In this document: piece by piece, positions 34,832 to 37,775 of the stretch
Layout of the letters: each line of letters begins with the position of its first letter
How positions within the stretch are numbered: the stretch's first letter is position 1
Assembly: GCA_013239625.1 (NCBI GenBank)
Contig: MU054001.1
Location: forward strand, 7,758,746 to 7,796,520
DNA: 37,775 nt
Source of the DNA: Lama guanicoe
Lineage: Eukaryota
Reading direction: 5' to 3'
Program-made: the position numbers and the translations under genes
Notes under the pieces: generated by a model
Told to the model about the DNA's origin: nothing
Database searches by the model: none
Seen by the model: only the letters and a program-made list of their open reading frames with translations

Positions 34832-37153
34832 TGCACTTGAAAGTAAATATTGCTATACACAAAATAGCTCTTAAACACCATCATGAGACCTAGTCTCTTT
34901 ATTGACAATTGAACACGTATGCTATTTCAATAGGAATAAATGTTGTTGAGACATACATTTCTGAATCTGTTAATGTGCTTAAAAACGATCATAGGTAGTG
35001 GTAAACACGAATCTTTGATCCAGTAATTCTTAGGGTCTGTTTTGCTATCAAGGGAAATTGCATTCTACAGAGAAGGCTAATTGAGTCTCTTTGATATTTG
35101 CATGGTTTAGCAGATGATAGAGGCTTTCAAAAGCTGACAGTTTTGTATTTTAAACTAACTACAAAGTTAACTTCTACAAGTTGTAAGTACTAAGCTTGTG
35201 AAGTGCCCAGTAGTCCAGGGAGTACGTGTCTGTGTCTGTGTGAAAGTTTGTGTTTGTGATTTCAGGAAGTTAGAAAGAATTTCCATATAGAATTCTGCTA
35301 CCTTTCTCCTCCAGTTCAAGATATAGGCATATATTTACACAAATAAATTGATATTCTTTTGCCATTTGGCATATTGGGAATAAGACTTCCTAATACTTGT
35401 TTCAGAAGGGTTGGGGAGTATGAGCTTAGGAAATGGGAGGAGATAGAGGCAGGGAGGTTCTTTAAACTTTGTGCAGAATTAGAAACAGTAACTTTTCTCT
35501 TTTCTTCTAAAGCAAACTGGCACTGAATTGTAACATACTATTACTCAGAATTGCTTTTCATACAATTACCTCAGATTTTTTAAGGCAACATGAATGATGA
35601 AATGTGTTGTAGCAGTAATCTTTAAAAGTAGTTTTATTTTTCAAGTAAAAGGCAATAGCCTGTTGTTTCTTCCAGCGGTACAAGAAATTCTCGTTGATCT
35701 ATCTACATGATCTATGTGATTAGTTTCTTTGGATTTTTTTCTTTCAAGTGCTTGTTTCATTGTGGTTTGAGTGAATGTTTAAAATTTCTGGATTTTAATC
35801 TTTGGAACATGCTGATTTATCAGAACTGTTAAAAACCTGATTGTTCTTTGCTCCTTGTTTGGTGGGACACCCTATTGATTTCTGTTGTCTGTTAAAGAGG
35901 GAAATTCTTCCTGTAGCCTGCAGATCATTAAGTGAATGGTTTGCAGTGTGCCTTTAAAATTATTTGAATGCATTGAGCATGTTTGTCCAGTGAATTTTGA
36001 ATTGACTCATTGTAATGAGTTTGCTTTGGTTCTGTGGCTTTTGCTCCTCTCCACAAGAATTTGAATTCTCTGTTGCATTTTGTATACGTGTTCTTAACAG
36101 GGGAAGAAATTTTGCATTATTTACAGAGGTGGATTTTCCTATCCCCTCTGAATGCCTTCTATAATTGATACAATAAAAATCTGTTATTGCAGTGCATAAT
36201 TATTTCATAAAATATTTTTTGGCATAATCAGAAACAATGACAAAGAATTATAATAAAAAATACGAAAACCTTCCTTCCTTTGAAGAATAGAGATCAGGTG
36301 GTCAGACTCACGCATGCTTTGTGCCCGACACTCTTACACTCCTGTCATTGTGTATCATGATTCGGAGATGCAGTTGCTTCAGGTTTATAGATTTTTGTTT
36401 TAACATTTGTGTTGAATTCTTTCTCCAGGCTGATGTTTCCTGTTGGGTTTGTGGAAAGAGTAGAAGGGAAACAAATGCTTTGCTTTGCTTTCAGGAGGCC
36501 TGAGTTGATGAGAAAAGAGTTGAGGGTGGGCTGAGGAAAATAGTGACACCCCCTCTCCTTCTGGCTGAAATTGATAAACAAAGAAATCAATTAAGTGTAT
36601 CAGTATTTGACCAATAGAAGATAGCAAGCTCAAACTGGCTAGAAATGCCCAATGGAAATTACTGAATTCACCTACAGAATGAGGTGCTTTACCAAGTAGA
36701 ATCAGCTTAGAGCAATCAGAAAAATCAGTAATTTGATGAGATATAAAAGGAACATTGTATCTTTTATTTCTGAAACTTTTCTACGATAAGTTCTGTAGAG
36801 CTAAAATTAAGTATCAAGCACCAGGAGTAAAGAGGGTGGGTTGTTCTGTAGGATCGTTATTCTCGGATGTGCCTAGACCCTGCTAGAGTGGCTGAAATCA
36901 CAGGAAAATACACACATCCAGGATTTGTCATCCTAGGGTGTCCTCCATAAAGGTTCCATGTGGGAGCCCATGATTGGGTTAACAAATTGTAACACACCCC
37001 AGTCGCCTGTGAACTTTAAGAGGAAAAAAATATGCTTAGAAACTGCTTTGCAAGCAAGTGCCTGTGCATCCTCACTCCAGTCTCCTTGCATTAAGAAGCA
37101 GAGACAATGCTTTGCTTGCATATTTGAGGTTTTAGATAGCACTCTGCTAGTTG

Positions 37154-37534
37154 TGTTACGGAAATGACAGGCCAGCCAAGAAACAAGCACCACTCGGAGG
37201 GTTGGAGTACTCAGATTTATTACGCCGGCGGGCTCAGAGGGGCTTCTGCTCCAAAGCTCTGAGCACCTCCAAGACGTGCACATGAGGTTTTATAGGGTTA
37301 ATTACAAGTATGGGGCTATTAGCCAATAAGGTTCAAACAACAAAAAGCAAGGAATCAGTACACTGGAGCTTATCAATTTGGAACAGATCACATTACTGAC
37401 ACTTGTTGAGCTTGGATTTACGAGTTAGCTTGTTAGCCCAGTAAACTGACACTAAACTTTAGATTTACAAGTTAGCCCGGCAGAACTTATATCAGTAAAC
37501 CGACACTTATCACACTTAGATTTGTGACTGAGCT
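37154..37534 (-). mobile_element. LTR, family A copy 3, truncated by the assembly gap
   Basis: Starts TGTTACGGAAA and is colinear with copies 1 and 2 until the N run. Confidence 0.92.
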
Positions 37535-37647
37535 NNNNNNNNNNNNNNNNNNNNNNNNNNNNNNNNNNNNNNNNNNNNNNNNNNNNNNNNNNNNNNNNNN
37601 NNNNNNNNNNNNNNNNNNNNNNNNNNNNNNNNNNNNNNNNNNNNNNN
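37535..37647. other. Assembly gap
   Basis: Run of 113 N. Confidence 0.99.
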
Positions 37648-37775
37648 TGACAAAGTGGGAAGTTTAGGACACAGGGCCCAAACAGCAGAACTTCAAAAAT
37701 CAGGAGTAAGGGACCTATGAACGGTGCCAGCCAGGAGGTCCAGCCCCAGGGGCCTGTCCATGGGCTCGGCTCTTA

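Noticed and set aside
1..37775. CRISPR arrays, tRNA/rRNA genes or prokaryotic systems
   Set aside because: The sequence is mammalian; tRNA-like boxes belong to SINEs and no repeat-spacer array is visible.

Overview
Mammalian genomic DNA, probably camelid (inferred from five copies of a tRNA-derived SINE resembling the camelid Vic-1 type). It is mostly intronic or intergenic and rich in repeats: L1, L2, MIR, MER2, MER33 and five ERV LTRs. None of the supplied ORFs is a convincing intact gene. The main finding is a decayed, intron-containing (non-processed) paralogous copy of TRAPPC9/NIBP on the + strand. Its first coding exon (18635-19201) has three stops and two frameshifts but intact splice sites, and a remnant of the next exon lies at 27573-27693, with weaker traces of later exons downstream. 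A GC-rich promoter-like region with a strong donor site (13780-14572) lies upstream. Three near-identical minus-strand LTRs are present, two of them solo LTRs with their own 4-bp TSDs. There are also small L1-mediated retrocopies of polyadenylated transcript ends, a tentative chain of 3' exons from an unidentified gene (1-77, 9654-9703, 10985-11063) and an assembly gap at 37535-37647. Family names and human TRAPPC9 comparisons come from recalled sequences, not database searches. I see no evidence of a wholly novel biological system.
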